DNA of 64,000 nt from a virus (taxonomy: Duplodnaviria; Caudoviricetes). Made by a program: the position numbers and the translations under genes. Where the stretch lies: IMG/VR virus record IMGVR_UViG_2740892201_000001, positions 1 through 64,000 of that record; one strand, given 5' to 3'. Shown here one piece after another: positions 46,222 to 54,706 of this stretch. Every line of letters begins with the position of its first letter. Positions within the stretch are counted from its first letter, which is position 1. The notes beneath the pieces were generated by a model that was not told the DNA's origin, searched no databases, and saw nothing but the letters and a program-made list of their open reading frames with translations.

Positions 46222-46260
46222 TTCGTTTGCGGAAGTTTTGAAGTTGTTCCGACGGTTCGC

Positions 46261-46290
46261 ATCCTATCGTAAAACCTCAGATTTTTACAA
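46261..46290 (-). promoter_or_regulatory. tRNA promoter (TTGTAA-18-TAGGAT)
   Basis: Sigma70-like hexamers upstream of tRNA. Confidence 0.55.
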
Positions 46291-46361
46291 GCCTTGCATT
46301 CTACTTTGTTTCGCTCGGTTTCCCTTACTTCTCCTTTAACATCGCCTCGTTCACTTGCCAA

Positions 46362-46404
46362 TGAGTACACATTGAGTACAGAATGCCTTTAGGAATTGTG
46401 TACA
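46362..46404. repeat. Integrase arm-type sites TGWGTACA, three copies
   Basis: TGAGTACA 46362 and 46373; TGTGTACA 46397. Confidence 0.65.
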
Positions 46405-46414
46405 GGACATCATT

Positions 46415-47584
46415 GTGGCGCTGAGTGATACCAAATTAAGAAGCATCAATGGCAAAGCTTACAACGGACCAGCGGAACTAACCGATGGTGACGGGCTGAG
46501 CGTTCGCATCACTCCATCTGGCACGATTACATTTCAGCACCGCTACCGCTGGAATGGAAAGCCTGTGCGTCTCACTGTCGGTCGCTACCCTTCAACATCG
46601 CTGAAAGATGCCCGCATTGCCGTAGGTGAGATGCGTGGATTGTACACGAAGGGGGTTAACCCAAAAACCTATTTTGCCGGAAGCACTGGTGTACTGACTC
46701 TTAAGGAGTGCCTGGATAACTGGTGGGAAAAATATGTTAAAGACCTAAAGCACAATACACAGGTGCTGTACAAATCAGTTGTGTACAACACCATGTACAA
46801 CGAATTCGAAGATGTGCCTGTTGCCAACATCCCTGTATCAGCCTGGGTCCAGTTCTTTGATAAACAGGAAAACCTGAATAAGAAGAAAGCCCGCGTTCTG
46901 TTGCTTCAACTCCGCTCAGTCATTCACTGGTGCATCAGCCGGCAGCTGATACCTTCATGTGAGATCACAAAACTGAGCGTCAAAAATATTGGCAAGAAGC
47001 CAGACGTTGGTGATCGAGTTCTGACCTATAGCGAGTTAGCAAAAATATGGGTGGCGCTTGAGAACAGCAAGATCGTCACTTCCAACAGGTTGCTTCATCA
47101 GATGCTATTGCTGTGGGGCGCTCGCTTGTCTGAGCTTCGCCTGGCTAACGCTGCTGAGTTTAATACCACCGATTGGATATGGACCACACCATCCGAACAT
47201 TCAAAGATGGGCAACATCATCAGGCGTCCTATCTTTGAGCAAATGAAGCCCATGGTGGAGCGCCTGCTAAATAGCGGGAATAAGGTTTTGTTTCCGGGGC
47301 AAGAACTCGACAAAGCTATTGATCGCTCTTCATCGAATTTGTACATGCGGAAACTGAGAGAGGCTATTGATATTCCTGAATGGCGCACCCACGACTTCCG
47401 CCGTTCATTGGTGACTAACTTATCAAGTGAGGGAGTCATGCCCCATGTCACTGAGAAAATGCTGGGGCATGAACTTGGTGGTGTCATGGCTGTGTACAAC
47501 AAACACGACTGGCTGGAAGATCAAAGAAAGGCATATGAGTTGTATGCAGATAAAATATTCTGGCACGTCAAACAGCTCGGTTAA
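46415..47584 (+). CDS. Tyrosine integrase (prophage 2), GTG start
   Basis: Arm-binding N-domain DGDGLSVR..P.G; GAR.SEL, HDFRR, LGH, VY. Confidence 0.93.
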   Translation: MALSDTKLRSINGKAYNGPAELTDGDGLSVRITPSGTITFQHRYRWNGKPVRLTVGRYPSTSLKDARIAVGEMRGLYTKGVNPKTYFAGSTGVLTLKECLDNWWEKYVKDLKHNTQVLYKSVVYNTMYNEFEDVPVANIPVSAWVQFFDKQENLNKKKARVLLLQLRSVIHWCISRQLIPSCEITKLSVKNIGKKPDVGDRVLTYSELAKIWVALENSKIVTSNRLLHQMLLLWGARLSELRLANAAEFNTTDWIWTTPSEHSKMGNIIRRPIFEQMKPMVERLLNSGNKVLFPGQELDKAIDRSSSNLYMRKLREAIDIPEWRTHDFRRSLVTNLSSEGVMPHVTEKMLGHELGGVMAVYNKHDWLEDQRKAYELYADKIFWHVKQLG

Positions 47585-47750
47585 TCCCTCCATCACAAAT
47601 CCATTTCTCAACCGCTCTGCGGCTATACCGCGCCGGATGTGTTAGCACTGGCGCTGGAAATCCATGCTGTTTGCGCAGCCGCCAGAGTGCCGTTCTCGCT
47701 TTACCAATTTCGTCCAAAACTTCTTTTTCACTCATAAAGTCGTGGTGCAT
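47568..47750 (-). CDS. AlpA-like excisionase
   Basis: FM..KEV...IG..RT.LWR.....FP.P; convergent with int. Confidence 0.8.
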   Translation of the reverse strand: MHHDFMSEKEVLDEIGKARTALWRLRKQHGFPAPVLTHPARYSRRAVEKWICDGGINRAV

Positions 47751-47800
47751 ATTCTTCTCCACACATTCCTGCTGCATCAGGTTTGTTTAGCCGTGACACG

Positions 47801-48148
47801 TCACGGCGTATTGATATTCAACTTCAGTTCATGCCAGCCGCTGGTGGCCCAGCACGCTGCTTCACCCTGGCAAGGGCATGACTGCACCGGCAGCTGCTCT
47901 TTGCACTTCCCGCACTGCTGGTGGGACAGCACTTCCAGCTGCTGCATCAGCTCAGCAGCATCCTTCCGAATTAACAGCGCTATGTACTCGTTCAGCTCAT
48001 ATGGTTCACGACCGAAGCGGCGTGTGGCGCAGTTCTGCGCCAGCATCACCAGTTCCTGACTATCCAGCGCCAGCTCCAGTTTTTTACCACCGGCAGCGGC
48101 CTGTCTGGCACGCTGCGCGGCTTTGCGTTCGGCGGGGGATTTAGGCAT
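47801..48148 (-). CDS. Hypothetical protein with C-terminal Cys cluster
   Basis: KSPAERKAAQRARQ; CxxC...CxC...C. Confidence 0.75.
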   Translation of the reverse strand: MPKSPAERKAAQRARQAAAGGKKLELALDSQELVMLAQNCATRRFGREPYELNEYIALLIRKDAAELMQQLEVLSHQQCGKCKEQLPVQSCPCQGEAACWATSGWHELKLNINTP

Positions 48149-48278
48149 TTGTCACCGCCGCTTTAACGGCTTGCCACACAATTTCAAGTATCGATGACCA
48201 GGCCAGATATGTATGAATACCCGCCACAAATCCAAACCCAACAACCATGGCATACAGTAAAGCGTTGCACTTAGACAT
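48141..48278 (-). CDS. Small membrane protein (45 aa)
   Basis: Manual translation MSKCNALLYAMVVGFGFVAG...; coupled overlaps. Confidence 0.5.
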   Translation of the reverse strand: MSKCNALLYAMVVGFGFVAGIHTYLAWSSILEIVWQAVKAAVTNA

Positions 48279-48937
48279 CACTCCACCTCCACGCGCTTAA
48301 ACTCAATGACCCACACCCACGGGTTAGCCAGCCAGCTGTCATCGCCGTAGATAGACTTCCATAACGTAACGAAGGAACCGCGTGCGCTCAGCTGGTGCTG
48401 AGTCCAGCCGGGCTGATAATGACGCCAGAAACCGCCCCGTAACTGCTCCACGCCTTCCGCGCGTGCATCGACTTCACTGATATCGTACATCCGCTCCACA
48501 CGAACGCCGGTAATCTCCAGCGTTATGCGGGAAGCCCAGCGCGGCATGTGGATGGATGGGCGCCAGCGGCCTTCTTTCGGCCAATCGTCTGGAATAGTTG
48601 CGCGGTAAGCCATGTCGTGGCTGTATTGGTCAATGTTGTATCTTGCCCACGTCTCACGCACCCACAAGCGATCACCAATTGCACCAAAAGGACAGGTGTA
48701 GCCCTCATCATCGCTGGCCACACCAAAAACTTTTTTCTTGGCTGGCTGAAGGTAGCCATCTTTATCGACCATGCCGGGCGTATACCAGCGCGCGTTAAAG
48801 TCCGTTTTCAGTTCCATATTCATCGGACAGAAATCGGCAGAAGGCTGCACCCGCATGATCCGGCGCGTCTGAGTCTTTCTGCCGTCGAGAACTGCACGAA
48901 CCATGTCGGCGTTAAAGATGACTGGACGCTCTTTCAT
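48278..48937 (-). CDS. ASCH/PUA-like phage protein
   Basis: MVRA.LDGRKTQTRR, GDRLWVRE, W.PSIHMPRWASR, NPWVWVIEF. Confidence 0.85.
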   Translation of the reverse strand: MKERPVIFNADMVRAVLDGRKTQTRRIMRVQPSADFCPMNMELKTDFNARWYTPGMVDKDGYLQPAKKKVFGVASDDEGYTCPFGAIGDRLWVRETWARYNIDQYSHDMAYRATIPDDWPKEGRWRPSIHMPRWASRITLEITGVRVERMYDISEVDARAEGVEQLRGGFWRHYQPGWTQHQLSARGSFVTLWKSIYGDDSWLANPWVWVIEFKRVEVE

Positions 48938-49515
48938 TTCGCCTCCTCAATGTTGCGCAGGATGGCGGCGCGGCACAAGTTGAATCCTTCAGCTCTTGAC
49001 TCAAGGGCTTTCTGAGCATCAACCGGCCTGCTGAAAGGTTCAACAACCATTTCATCTGGCACCAGCCCCGCCAGGCTGACGGCGGGCGCGGGGCGGGTGA
49101 ATAGATTGATAATCCGCCGGGGGGCTGCGTTAGACGTTACTGGGTCTACAGTGAACAAATATCCGCAACCGTGATTTTTAACGTCCCGCAATTCCTGCTC
49201 GTCTGTCCACGCCACAGGCTGCTGCTTCTCCAGCTCTGCCAGCTTCGCCCGCATCACACTGCGCTCAGCATCAAGGTTATCAATCGCACGCTCAGCCGTT
49301 GCCAGCTTCGCCTCTGCTGCTTCTGCGCGCTGCTGCCAAGCAAGAGCGCCTTCAAGGTTCTTCTGCACTTCCTGTTCCAGCGCCCGGAATGCTTCGGCAA
49401 TAGCTGCAGCAGACTCGTCGATTGCTTTCCGGCGAGTGGTGACATCAACGTCACGCGAACCCGGCGCACCATATTTCGGATACAGCGCTTCAACTAACTC
49501 ATTCAGCTTTTCCAT
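48934..49515 (-). CDS. Ead/Ea22-like protein
   Basis: Shares central module with 2215-2724; GFN.CRAA.L. Confidence 0.7.
   Translation of the reverse strand: MEKLNELVEALYPKYGAPGSRDVDVTTRRKAIDESAAAIAEAFRALEQEVQKNLEGALAWQQRAEAAEAKLATAERAIDNLDAERSVMRAKLAELEKQQPVAWTDEQELRDVKNHGCGYLFTVDPVTSNAAPRRIINLFTRPAPAVSLAGLVPDEMVVEPFSRPVDAQKALESRAEGFNLCRAAILRNIEEAK
49068..49249. repeat. ~180 bp segment shared with 2364-2546
   Basis: Direct-orientation near-identical copy. Confidence 0.9.
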
Positions 49516-49527
49516 TACTCACCATCC

Positions 49528-49932
49528 TTAACCCATGCATTCCAGATACAGCCCGCTGGCAATCAGACGGGCGCGGCGTTTTGCTGCTTCTCGGTGGCGC
49601 TTCTTTGCCTCTTCAGAGCAGTCATTCCTGTAGTTGATCACCATTGGCTTACATGGTGGGGAGGCAACACGACGTGGATTTCTGACCAGGGTGTAAGTGC
49701 GGTCAATATAGCCGCCGCCAAGGCTGATTTGATTAGAGGCTTCAACCTGCAGCGTTTCGCCTCCTCTGCGTAATATGTGAATAACTAAACGGTTGAACTC
49801 ACTGAGGGTCATACCGAGACGTTCTGCCAACTCCCGGCCCGTTGCCGGGCCCTTTGATAACTGCCAGGCTAACTTTTCACTGAATCCGGCATTCGCCCCA
49901 TTGCTGCGCCGGAATTGGGCGACCTTTTTCAT
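49528..49932 (-). CDS. Putative HTH protein, paralogue of 3489-3884
   Basis: TGRELAERLGM HTH-like segment. Confidence 0.7.
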   Translation of the reverse strand: MKKVAQFRRSNGANAGFSEKLAWQLSKGPATGRELAERLGMTLSEFNRLVIHILRRGGETLQVEASNQISLGGGYIDRTYTLVRNPRRVASPPCKPMVINYRNDCSEEAKKRHREAAKRRARLIASGLYLECMG

Positions 49933-50372
49933 GACACCACCTTCAGGGTTACCGTGCGTGAGCGGAGTAAATCCATTTCCATTTGGGAAATGATGTTGAT
50001 CGCATGTGAAATACCCGGTTGCTGGTGGTTACCCAGTGTTGTTACAGCGCGGCGGGCTTCCCCAAGTGCTTCACCACGCAATGTTCGAATCCACTGATTA
50101 CAGGCTGGAGTGGCAAGCGCTGCATTCAGATCGTCAATCAGGGTCATATCAGCCCCGGCAATCTGAAGCGCCGCGATGGTATCAGGCAGGACGCTGTTGA
50201 TACGCAGCACCTCTCCAGCCATGAGATTGGCGCGAACGGTGGCCACGTCGAGACGTGATGCCAGTTCAGTTACCATCTTCGCCATGTCCATAAGAGAGGT
50301 TTCTTTGCCGATGTTCTTAGCGAACTGGTGGCCGGCAGCGACGACTTCTTTGTTCGATTTAAAATGATGCAT
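49929..50372 (-). CDS. Hypothetical phage protein, start MHHFKSN
   Basis: GAGGG SD; ELASRLDV and TPA motifs. Confidence 0.7.
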   Translation of the reverse strand: MHHFKSNKEVVAAGHQFAKNIGKETSLMDMAKMVTELASRLDVATVRANLMAGEVLRINSVLPDTIAALQIAGADMTLIDDLNAALATPACNQWIRTLRGEALGEARRAVTTLGNHQQPGISHAINIISQMEMDLLRSRTVTLKVVS

Positions 50373-50382
50373 GTCATCGCCC

Positions 50383-50547
50383 TCAGTGAATGGTGATGTT
50401 GATGGTTTTATTAAGCCGCTCAGCTTCACGCTGCGCCTTAATGGGATTACTGATTACCGACCCGTCAGGCATAACCCAGCCGTTGAGGATATGGCTGTAG
50501 GGCAGGGTGATAATGCCTACGGTGATATGGTCGTTTGGCTTTTCCAT
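50383..50547 (-). CDS. DUF1317 family protein
   Basis: D.I.VG.ITLPYS....GW..PDG..I.NPIKAQ..AE.LN. Confidence 0.8.
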   Translation of the reverse strand: MEKPNDHITVGIITLPYSHILNGWVMPDGSVISNPIKAQREAERLNKTINITIH

Positions 50548-50684
50548 GAAACTCTCCACACACGATTTTTGGTTGCATGAATCCCTTGCCAGTGACGGCA
50601 ATAAAAAACTTTTGGGATTCGCTTAAGTTGGCTGGTGGGTTACTGCAATAACCCACAGCCCGATTACTCCACACACTTGAAAGG

Positions 50685-50806
50685 TTGCTGCGGTGCCGGG
50701 TGCCTCCCGGTGCTCTGGTCAGACTGACAGACACCAGAGCGGAGACTCTTAGACTGTATGCAATCTTTGTCAGTCTTCCGCGTGCGCTGGCCGCATTCAC
50801 CACAAC
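50685..50806 (-). ncRNA. Multi-stem structured RNA, copy 1
   Basis: GYGGTGAAT...CACCGGGAGGCACCCGGCACCGCAG shared with 59652-59755. Confidence 0.6.
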
Positions 50807-50936
50807 GATAAGGACACTTACTCCACGTCTCTAAAGCGTTCGAAAACACCCGCTTTGCAAATGTCCTTGTCGTTGTGAAAAAGGGCGGTTAAACCAAACC
50901 ATCATGAGTAACCGCCAACACAGCAATTCAGTACTC

Positions 50937-51086
50937 TTAAAACGCTGGTCCGCGAACCACGTTTTCTAATTCACACTTCACACTCACCACACCGGCATCA
51001 CCGCAACAGACAACATCAGCATCTGGAAAGAGCCTCAAAAAAGTAATCAGGTCCCGGAGCGTTGTGTTCGACATGTTTTTAATCAT
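50937..51086 (-). CDS. Hypothetical protein (49 aa), first ORF of PL operon
   Basis: Manual translation MIKNMSNTTLRDLITFLRLFPDADVVCC... Confidence 0.5.
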   Translation of the reverse strand: MIKNMSNTTLRDLITFLRLFPDADVVCCGDAGVVSVKCELENVVRGPAF

Positions 51087-51198
51087 CTCCACAGTACTGC
51101 CCTCACACCACTGCAACTGCTTTAGCGAATCATCCCGATCTTCTTACGCCTCGGGCGGCTACTTCGTGGGCGTCCTGCCTATTCGCTGTTGATAGATT

Positions 51199-51262
51199 CA
51201 TTATTGCCGGAAGTGATAAATCAGTCAACACCGCCGGAGATATTATATATCCTGCGGTGTTT
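51199..51262 (-). promoter_or_regulatory. PL with lambda-like OL1-OL2-OL3
   Basis: 17-bp sites at 51202, 51226 (CAACACCGCCGGAGATA) and 51246; -35 TTGACT; spacing as in lambda. Confidence 0.85.
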
Positions 51263-51366
51263 ATGTCATTGATTGAAATGATATTAAAAATTTTCTGCAC
51301 GCATAATCATCAGATTGAGCATTTAGTAATGTATGTTTTGAGTGTTTTTTGATCGATGGGAGCACC

Positions 51367-51569
51367 ATGAGCAAGCAATCAGAAGAACTTTATGATGAGA
51401 TGTGCAGGGTGGTCGGAGACGTGGTTCTTACGCTTCATGATTACGGAGTTGAATCGAAACAAATGTGATAGCAGATGCACTTAGAACGGCGCTGGCATCG
51501 AAGAATCCCGCCCAGTCTGAGCTACTGGTCAAAGCAATGGAAGCTGCGGTAAAAGTACTGGAGCGTTAG
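51367..51569 (+). pseudogene. Frameshifted FumD/YdhZ (DUF2767)-like gene
   Basis: MSKQSEELYDEMCRVVGDVVL..GVESKQ // VIADALRTALA..SEL..AME; one base missing near 51463. Confidence 0.7.
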
Positions 51570-51573
51570 GCAT

Positions 51574-51642
51574 AAAAAAGCCCGCGCTAGACGGGCATAA
51601 ACTCGTTCAATTGGGGCAAACCATCTGTCAGCATAAGCTGAC
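51574..51642 (-). ncRNA. Candidate sRNA E (homologue of D)
   Basis: -10 TATCAT, 5' hairpin GTCAGC/GCTGAC, core TTGCCCCAATTGA, terminator plus U6. Confidence 0.55.
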
Positions 51643-51720
51643 GATAATAATGATACTTACGATGTGAAAATTAGGAAATAGATGCTCCACAATTTGTTAA
51701 GCACCGCAAATTTTGTGCGA

Positions 51721-51799
51721 AAACAAAAAGGCCCGCCGGACGCGGGCTAGCAGTATCAAAGCATTCAAAAGAGAAGTTTTGAGCATCAGTTGAGCTCAT
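51721..51799 (-). ncRNA. Candidate sigma28-dependent sRNA F in cI 3' UTR
   Basis: FliA-type promoter, 5' hairpin TGAGC/GCTCA, terminator GCCCGC/GCGGGC plus U-tract. Confidence 0.5.
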
Positions 51800-51804
51800 T
51801 CAGA

Positions 51805-51831
51805 TTATCGTCAAATACTGAGAAATCTTTA
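51805..51831 (-). promoter_or_regulatory. Sigma28 (FliA)-type promoter overlapping the cI stop codon
   Basis: TAAAGATT-N11-GACGATAA. Confidence 0.6.
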
Positions 51832-52542
51832 TTGAAATGTCTCTTCAGGCCATTGAGCTTTCACCACCTTACCTATGATCCGGCAACTATGATCACAGTC
51901 TAAAATCCGATAAGCAGGATTGAGCGGCACAAGATAGCTTACACCCGCATCCTTCTCATACTTTTTGAAAGTCACTTCTGAGTCAGCATTCGCAGACGCC
52001 ACGCAGAAGTCGCCAGTCTCAACCGGTTCTGCCGGGTCGATGAGGATCAGCATACCCTCTGGGAAACTTGGACGAACGCCCTGCGGCGCGGTCATTGAGT
52101 GACCCTTCACTTCAAGCCAGAACGCTTTATCGCTGGCTTTCTTAGTTGTAGGGACCCATGCCTTTGCATCTCTGGAGGTAAAACTACCCACCTCAGAAAA
52201 ATCACCAGCCTGGACATAAGTGAACAGGGGGTATTCATAGTGATTTGACCTAATGTTTTCTTCACCAATCGACTGATACATGTCAGCGATCTCAGCAGCA
52301 ATTTTAGGACTAAATTCTCCAACACTTACCTTCAAGAATTTGGCTAATGCTGAGGCATTGCTGGGATTCAGAGCATTTACTCCATTCAGCAAAGATGCGA
52401 CAGCTGATTGACCTACGCCCAGTGCGTCCGCCACAGACTCTTGGGAAATACCCAACTCAGCTTTTTTGCGCTCATAGATTGATTTCAGTCTCTGCGCGTC
52501 TTCGATTTGCTCGTTAGTGAGCGGCTTTTTCTTTGCATTCAT
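51829..52542 (-). CDS. cI: Lambda-type CI repressor
   Basis: KKKPLT.EQ.EDA.RLK.IYE.KK.ELG.SQESVAD; VQAG; FWLEV.G.SMTAP; ends WPEETF. Confidence 0.97.
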   Translation of the reverse strand: MNAKKKPLTNEQIEDAQRLKSIYERKKAELGISQESVADALGVGQSAVASLLNGVNALNPSNASALAKFLKVSVGEFSPKIAAEIADMYQSIGEENIRSNHYEYPLFTYVQAGDFSEVGSFTSRDAKAWVPTTKKASDKAFWLEVKGHSMTAPQGVRPSFPEGMLILIDPAEPVETGDFCVASANADSEVTFKKYEKDAGVSYLVPLNPAYRILDCDHSCRIIGKVVKAQWPEETFQ

Positions 52543-52618
52543 ATGTGAAATTTATCACCGCACGGGATAAATAACTAACACCGCGCGTGTTGACTATTTT
52601 ACCTCTGGCGGTGATAAT
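52543..52618. promoter_or_regulatory. Lambda-like OR3-OR2-OR1 with PRM and PR
   Basis: TATCACCGCACGGGATA 52553, TAACACCGCGCGTGTTG 52576, TACCTCTGGCGGTGATA 52600; PR TTGACT-17-GATAAT. Confidence 0.95.
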
Positions 52619-52643
52619 TAAGCCTATACATTAGGAGATGATT

Positions 52644-52865
52644 ATGAGCCAGAGAATAAAACTCAAAGATTATGTAGAGCAGTTTGGCCAGACGAAAGCA
52701 GCTACCGATTTAGGCGTTTACCAGAGCGCAATCTTTAAAGCGATTTCACTCAAACGTGACATCACCGTGATCCTCCATGAAGACGGGACGATTTCAGCGG
52801 AAGAAGTGAAACCGTTCCCTGCAAATCGTAAGTGTGATCACAAGTCTATATCGACAGCTTTCTAA
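52644..52865 (+). CDS. cro: Lambda-type Cro
   Basis: QRI.LKDY...[18 protein letters not shown]...AEEVKPFP. Confidence 0.95.
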   Translation: MSQRIKLKDYVEQFGQTKAATDLGVYQSAIFKAISLKRDITVILHEDGTISAEEVKPFPANRKCDHKSISTAF

Positions 52866-52893
52866 TTTTAACCACAGTTTAGAGGGCTTAACC

Positions 52894-53442
52894 GTGGATC
52901 AGAAGCACTGGCAAGTTGAAAAGCAGCCGGCATGGCTGGTGGTAGCAATAAAGAAGACGATTTCAAGTCTTCCGGGTGGGTACTTAGAAGCAGCTGAATG
53001 GCTGGGTGTAACCGAGGATGCGCTATTTAACCGCCTGCGCACCAATGGCGATCAAATTTTCCCAATGGGTTGGGCAATGGTTCTGCAGCAGGCAAGCGGC
53101 ACAAAGCACATCGCTAATGCCGTGTCCCGTCAATCGAACAGCGTCAACGTACCGCTGGTGGACATTGAGGATGTTGATAACGCGGATATCAATCAGCGCC
53201 TGATGGAGTCGGTTGAGTGGATTGGCAAGCATTCTGCTTACATTCGCAAGGCAACCGCTGATGGCGTGATTGATGCGGCTGAGCGTGAGCAGATTGAAGA
53301 GAACAGCTATCAGGTAATGGCGAAGTGGCAGGAGCATCTGACGCTGCTGTATCGCGTTTTTTGCGCTCCAGAAAAGGTGAACGCCGCTGGATTGCAGTCC
53401 GCGGCGTTCGATGCGACTAAATCAACGTGTGTGGAGAACTAA
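52894..53442 (+). CDS. YmfL-family regulator (cII position), GTG start
   Basis: W.VEKQPAWLV.AI...LPGGY.EAAEWL..L.NRLR. Confidence 0.85.
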   Translation: MDQKHWQVEKQPAWLVVAIKKTISSLPGGYLEAAEWLGVTEDALFNRLRTNGDQIFPMGWAMVLQQASGTKHIANAVSRQSNSVNVPLVDIEDVDNADINQRLMESVEWIGKHSAYIRKATADGVIDAAEREQIEENSYQVMAKWQEHLTLLYRVFCAPEKVNAAGLQSAAFDATKSTCVEN

Positions 53443-53446
53443 TCGC

Positions 53447-53797
53447 GTGATCAATTTAACCAGAAAATCAGGATTACCGCAATTCCGTTGCCTTCCCTCT
53501 GCTGGTGGCCGCTTCAGCAATGAGCCGCTGCGGTATGTGCTTAATGTACCAGGCGTCAGCGAAGAAGTTAACCACGGCTTTGTTGAGTGGGCTGTGGGTG
53601 ATGCTAACCAGCGAATGAGGGCGATCACATGCGAGAACTCGACCGTATTTTTCGAGACAAGCGCGGCATCCCTGTGCGGGTCATCCGCTGGGAGCCAGAA
53701 AACGACCGCGTTATCTACCTGCGTGACAAGTACGAACATGGTGAGTGCTTCAGCTCTCTCGAACGGTTCAAGCAATATTTCAGAGAGGTTGGGGTAA
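53447..53797 (+). CDS. Hypothetical protein, GTG start
   Basis: TGTGTGGAG RBS 10 nt upstream; 3' half overlaps DUF4222 frame. Confidence 0.45.
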   Translation: MINLTRKSGLPQFRCLPSAGGRFSNEPLRYVLNVPGVSEEVNHGFVEWAVGDANQRMRAITCENSTVFFETSAASLCGSSAGSQKTTALSTCVTSTNMVSASALSNGSSNISERLG

Positions 53798-53811
53798 ATC
53801 ATGAGCGTTAA
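53629..53811 (+). CDS. DUF4222 family protein
   Basis: F.D.RG.PVRVIRW...RVIYLR..YEH.EC...L..F. Confidence 0.8.
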   Translation: MRELDRIFRDKRGIPVRVIRWEPENDRVIYLRDKYEHGECFSSLERFKQYFREVGVNHER

Positions 53812-54694
53812 ATTATCTGCATTCGTCTGGGACGGCTGCGCATCATCCGGCATGAAGATCACTATGGTAGCCATCATGGCACGCCTGGCTGACTTCTCAA
53901 GCGACGAAGGCGTTTGCTGGCCTTCAATCGCCACCATCGCCCGTCAGATAGGCGCTGGTCCGAGTACTGTTCGTACTTCGATCCGTAAGCTGGAAAGTGA
54001 TGGCTGGCTGACCAGCACTTCACGTCGCAAAGGTAACCGCAACAACTCCAACATGTATCAGCTGAACGTCAAAAAACTGCGCGAATCAGCTGCTGCTCAC
54101 CTGTCAGAATCTGAGGCGTCAGAATCTGACACATCAAAATTTGACGCATCAAAATCTGATGCACCGAATTTTGACGCGTCAAATTTTCACCCGTCAGAAT
54201 CCAGCAAAAATAACAGTTTTGACCCGCCAGAATCTGGCGACGATCCGTCAGTAAAATCAAAACATGATCCATCAGATAAAAAACCCTTTTGTCAGGTTGC
54301 GTCGCAACCAGACGATGAGTGGTCAATTATCAATCGCTCCCGTCAGGTTTTACGTCACCTGAACAAAACTAGCGGCGCAAAACACACCGAGGCGCAGTCG
54401 TCGATGGGGCACATCAAATCCCGCCTGAAAGACAAGTTCACGGTGGAAGAGCTTTGTCTGGTGGTGGATTACAAGCACGCACACTGGGAAGGCACTGAGG
54501 AATACCAGTACATGCGTCCCAAAACGCTATTCATCCCCGGCAATCTGCCTGGTTACCTCCAGTCAGCCACCAAATGGGATAAGGCCGGTCGCCCGCCGCG
54601 CTCTGAGTGGAGCGCCCTGAAGCGCAACATGCAGCGCGATATCACGGTCATTCCAAAGCCTGACAGCTCAGTGCCTCACGGCTTTCGCGGTTAA
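53801..54694 (+). CDS. Replication initiator (HTH_36 plus phage C-terminal domain)
   Basis: RLADFS.DEG.CWPSI.TIARQ; Y.RP.TLF.P. Confidence 0.9.
   Translation: MSVKLSAFVWDGCASSGMKITMVAIMARLADFSSDEGVCWPSIATIARQIGAGPSTVRTSIRKLESDGWLTSTSRRKGNRNNSNMYQLNVKKLRESAAAHLSESEASESDTSKFDASKSDAPNFDASNFHPSESSKNNSFDPPESGDDPSVKSKHDPSDKKPFCQVASQPDDEWSIINRSRQVLRHLNKTSGAKHTEAQSSMGHIKSRLKDKFTVEELCLVVDYKHAHWEGTEEYQYMRPKTLFIPGNLPGYLQSATKWDKAGRPPRSEWSALKRNMQRDITVIPKPDSSVPHGFRG
54103..54238. repeat. Origin iterons, ~15-bp tandem TCAGAATCTGAC-like repeats
   Basis: At least 7 degenerate copies in the middle of the rep gene. Confidence 0.8.
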
Positions 54695-54706
54695 CGGGAG
54701 AAAATC

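Noticed and set aside
50664-50849. 61-aa ORF overlapping the structured RNA
   Set aside because: Weak start, and it coincides with the five-stem RNA; its CVE ending is just the TGTGTGGAG motif
51124-51190. HK022 put element
   Set aside because: Position fits but the sequence does not match put as I recall it; kept only as an unassigned structured leader
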